Shown in pieces: positions 35,765-36,879 of a stretch of 36,879 nt of DNA; the first letter of the stretch is position 1, and each line of letters starts with the position of its first letter. The stretch covers positions 1 to 36,879 of the forward strand of contig CAZWFV010000003.1 in NCBI GenBank assembly GCA_964633405.1, written 5' to 3'. The notes under the pieces were generated by a model. It was given only the letters and a program-made list of their open reading frames with translations. It did not search any database and was not told where the DNA came from. The DNA is from an uncultured Candidatus Saccharibacteria bacterium. GTDB taxonomy: Bacteria; Patescibacteriota; Minisyncoccia; UBA6257; Colwellbacteraceae. The position numbers were made by a program, and so were the translations under genes.

Positions 35765-36119
35765 CTGTATCGAAGTAGAATGTATTTGCTATGAGGCTGA
35801 AGCCCATAATCGTTTGCGACGTAAAATCCGGCGGGTCAGACGTCTATTCCAGCCGCAGGTCCATAATCAATCTCAGTAAGATTAAACGGATAGTTGCGCC
35901 CACCCAGCGGAAGATATCGATGTTGCTGGCCGTGACGTTGCCTGTATCGAAGTAGAATGTATTTGCTATGAGGCTGAAGCCCATAATCGTTTGCGACGTA
36001 AAATCCGGCGGGTCAGACGTCTATTCCAGCCGCAGGTCCATAATCAATCTCAGTAAGATTAAACGGATAGTTGCGCCCACCCAGCGGAAGATATCGATGT
36101 TGCTGGCCGTGACGTTGCC
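35765..36119. repeat. Tandem direct duplication, 177-bp unit (35765-35941 / 35942-36118)
   Basis: Identical by eye at offset 177; one shared C at the junction. Confidence 0.95.
35791..35955 (+). pseudogene. Truncated first copy of the 5' end of the following gene
   Basis: 54 aa MRLKPII...LAVTLPVSK*; the stop arises from reading across the duplication junction. Confidence 0.75.
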
Positions 36120-36879
36120 GCTATTATTCCTGACCTCGGTTGTAGCCCCGACCACGATCGGCAGCACTACCACAGGTTCAGCCAGCTCGACCGCAGCTCA
36201 ACGCCAAGCGCTTGAGTCTCAACTGCAGCAACTGGAGAGCCAAATCTCTTCTTATGAGACGACCATCGCCAACTATCAGAAGCAGGGCAGCAGCCTGACC
36301 AACGAGATAAACACCCTTAACGCGAATATCGCGAAGATAAACCTACAGATAAGGGCCATTAACATATCCCTAGACCAACTCAACGGACAGATACAGGATA
36401 CGAATTCGCAGATCGCCACGACCGAGGACAACATAAATACGAGCAAGATGGGTCTGGCCAGCGCCCTGCAGAGTCTCTATGAGAGCGACAACCAGAGTCT
36501 GGCCGAGATTCTCTTGGCCCACCCTCAGTTATCAGATTTCTTCGATAACGTGAACAACCTCGACCTGTTGCAGCAGAACGTCCAGGTGGCCATAATCAAG
36601 CTATCATCGTTGGAATCCAACCTCCAGAATCAGAAACAGGAATTGGGGGTGAAACTCTCCGATACAGCGACCCTTAAAGCCTATCAGGCCCAGCAAGCCC
36701 AGGTCCTGCAGTCAACCAAGAGTCAGAAAAGCACCCTGCTGACGGAAACAAAGGGCAAGGAGTCGGCCTATCAGAAAATTCTGGTAAGTACGCAGAAGAC
36801 GGCCGCCCAGATCCGTAACCAGATATTCCAACTGCTAGGCGGCGGGACGCTGACTTTCGAAAAGGCTTATGAATATGCC
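35968..36879 (+). CDS. PcsB/CwlO-like coiled-coil cell-wall protein, probably with a C-terminal murein hydrolase domain (partial)
   Basis: Open to the window end; hydrophobic segment, long heptad coiled coil, SLAEILL..QLSDFF motif; ends ...FQLLGGGTLTFEKAYEYA. Confidence 0.75.
   Translation, partial: MRLKPIIVCDVKSGGSDVYSSRRSIINLSKIKRIVAPTQRKISMLLAVTLPLLFLTSVVAPTTIGSTTTGSASSTAAQRQALESQLQQLESQISSYETTIANYQKQGSSLTNEINTLNANIAKINLQIRAINISLDQLNGQIQDTNSQIATTEDNINTSKMGLASALQSLYESDNQSLAEILLAHPQLSDFFDNVNNLDLLQQNVQVAIIKLSSLESNLQNQKQELGVKLSDTATLKAYQAQQAQVLQSTKSQKSTLLTETKGKESAYQKILVSTQKTAAQIRNQIFQLLGGGTLTFEKAYEYA

Noticed and set aside
1-36879. CRISPR array, IS element, intron/intein, DGR/retron or stop-codon reassignment
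   Set aside because: No spaced repeats, transposase, reverse transcriptase or intein motifs were seen; TGA, TAA and TAG all end conserved genes.

Overview
Chromosomal region of what looks like a Patescibacteria (CPR, Parcubacteria-like) genome. This assignment is inferred from gene families and gene order; the code is standard 11. The left ~1.2 kb is a decayed integrative element at the 3' end of tmRNA, holding the tail of a P1B-type ATPase, truncated MFS and amidase genes, and a serine-recombinase C-terminal remnant. Next come ssrA/smpB, argS, an ileS with a histidine-phosphatase domain inserted, and trpS. A minus-strand run follows: gpmI, holin-family gene, secG, orphan ABC substrate-binding protein, pgi/pmi, tRNA-Leu, rnj. 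The centre holds a wHTH gene with repeated ATTGCCGA boxes, a ~320-nt highly structured leader, and an 1170-aa putative surface/S-layer protein, followed by a thiol-redox cluster (DsbA-like, SPW protein, glutaredoxin, TrxB). The right part is a gap-rpiB-rpe-split transketolase-PfkB-unknown-fba cluster, rplY, an ECF sigma/DUF5667 pair and a partial coiled-coil cell-wall enzyme. Many genes look leaderless (-10 box 6-9 nt before ATG). Two apparently exact tandem duplications (682 bp and 177 bp) may be assembly artefacts. All calls come from reading motifs by eye; no searches were run.
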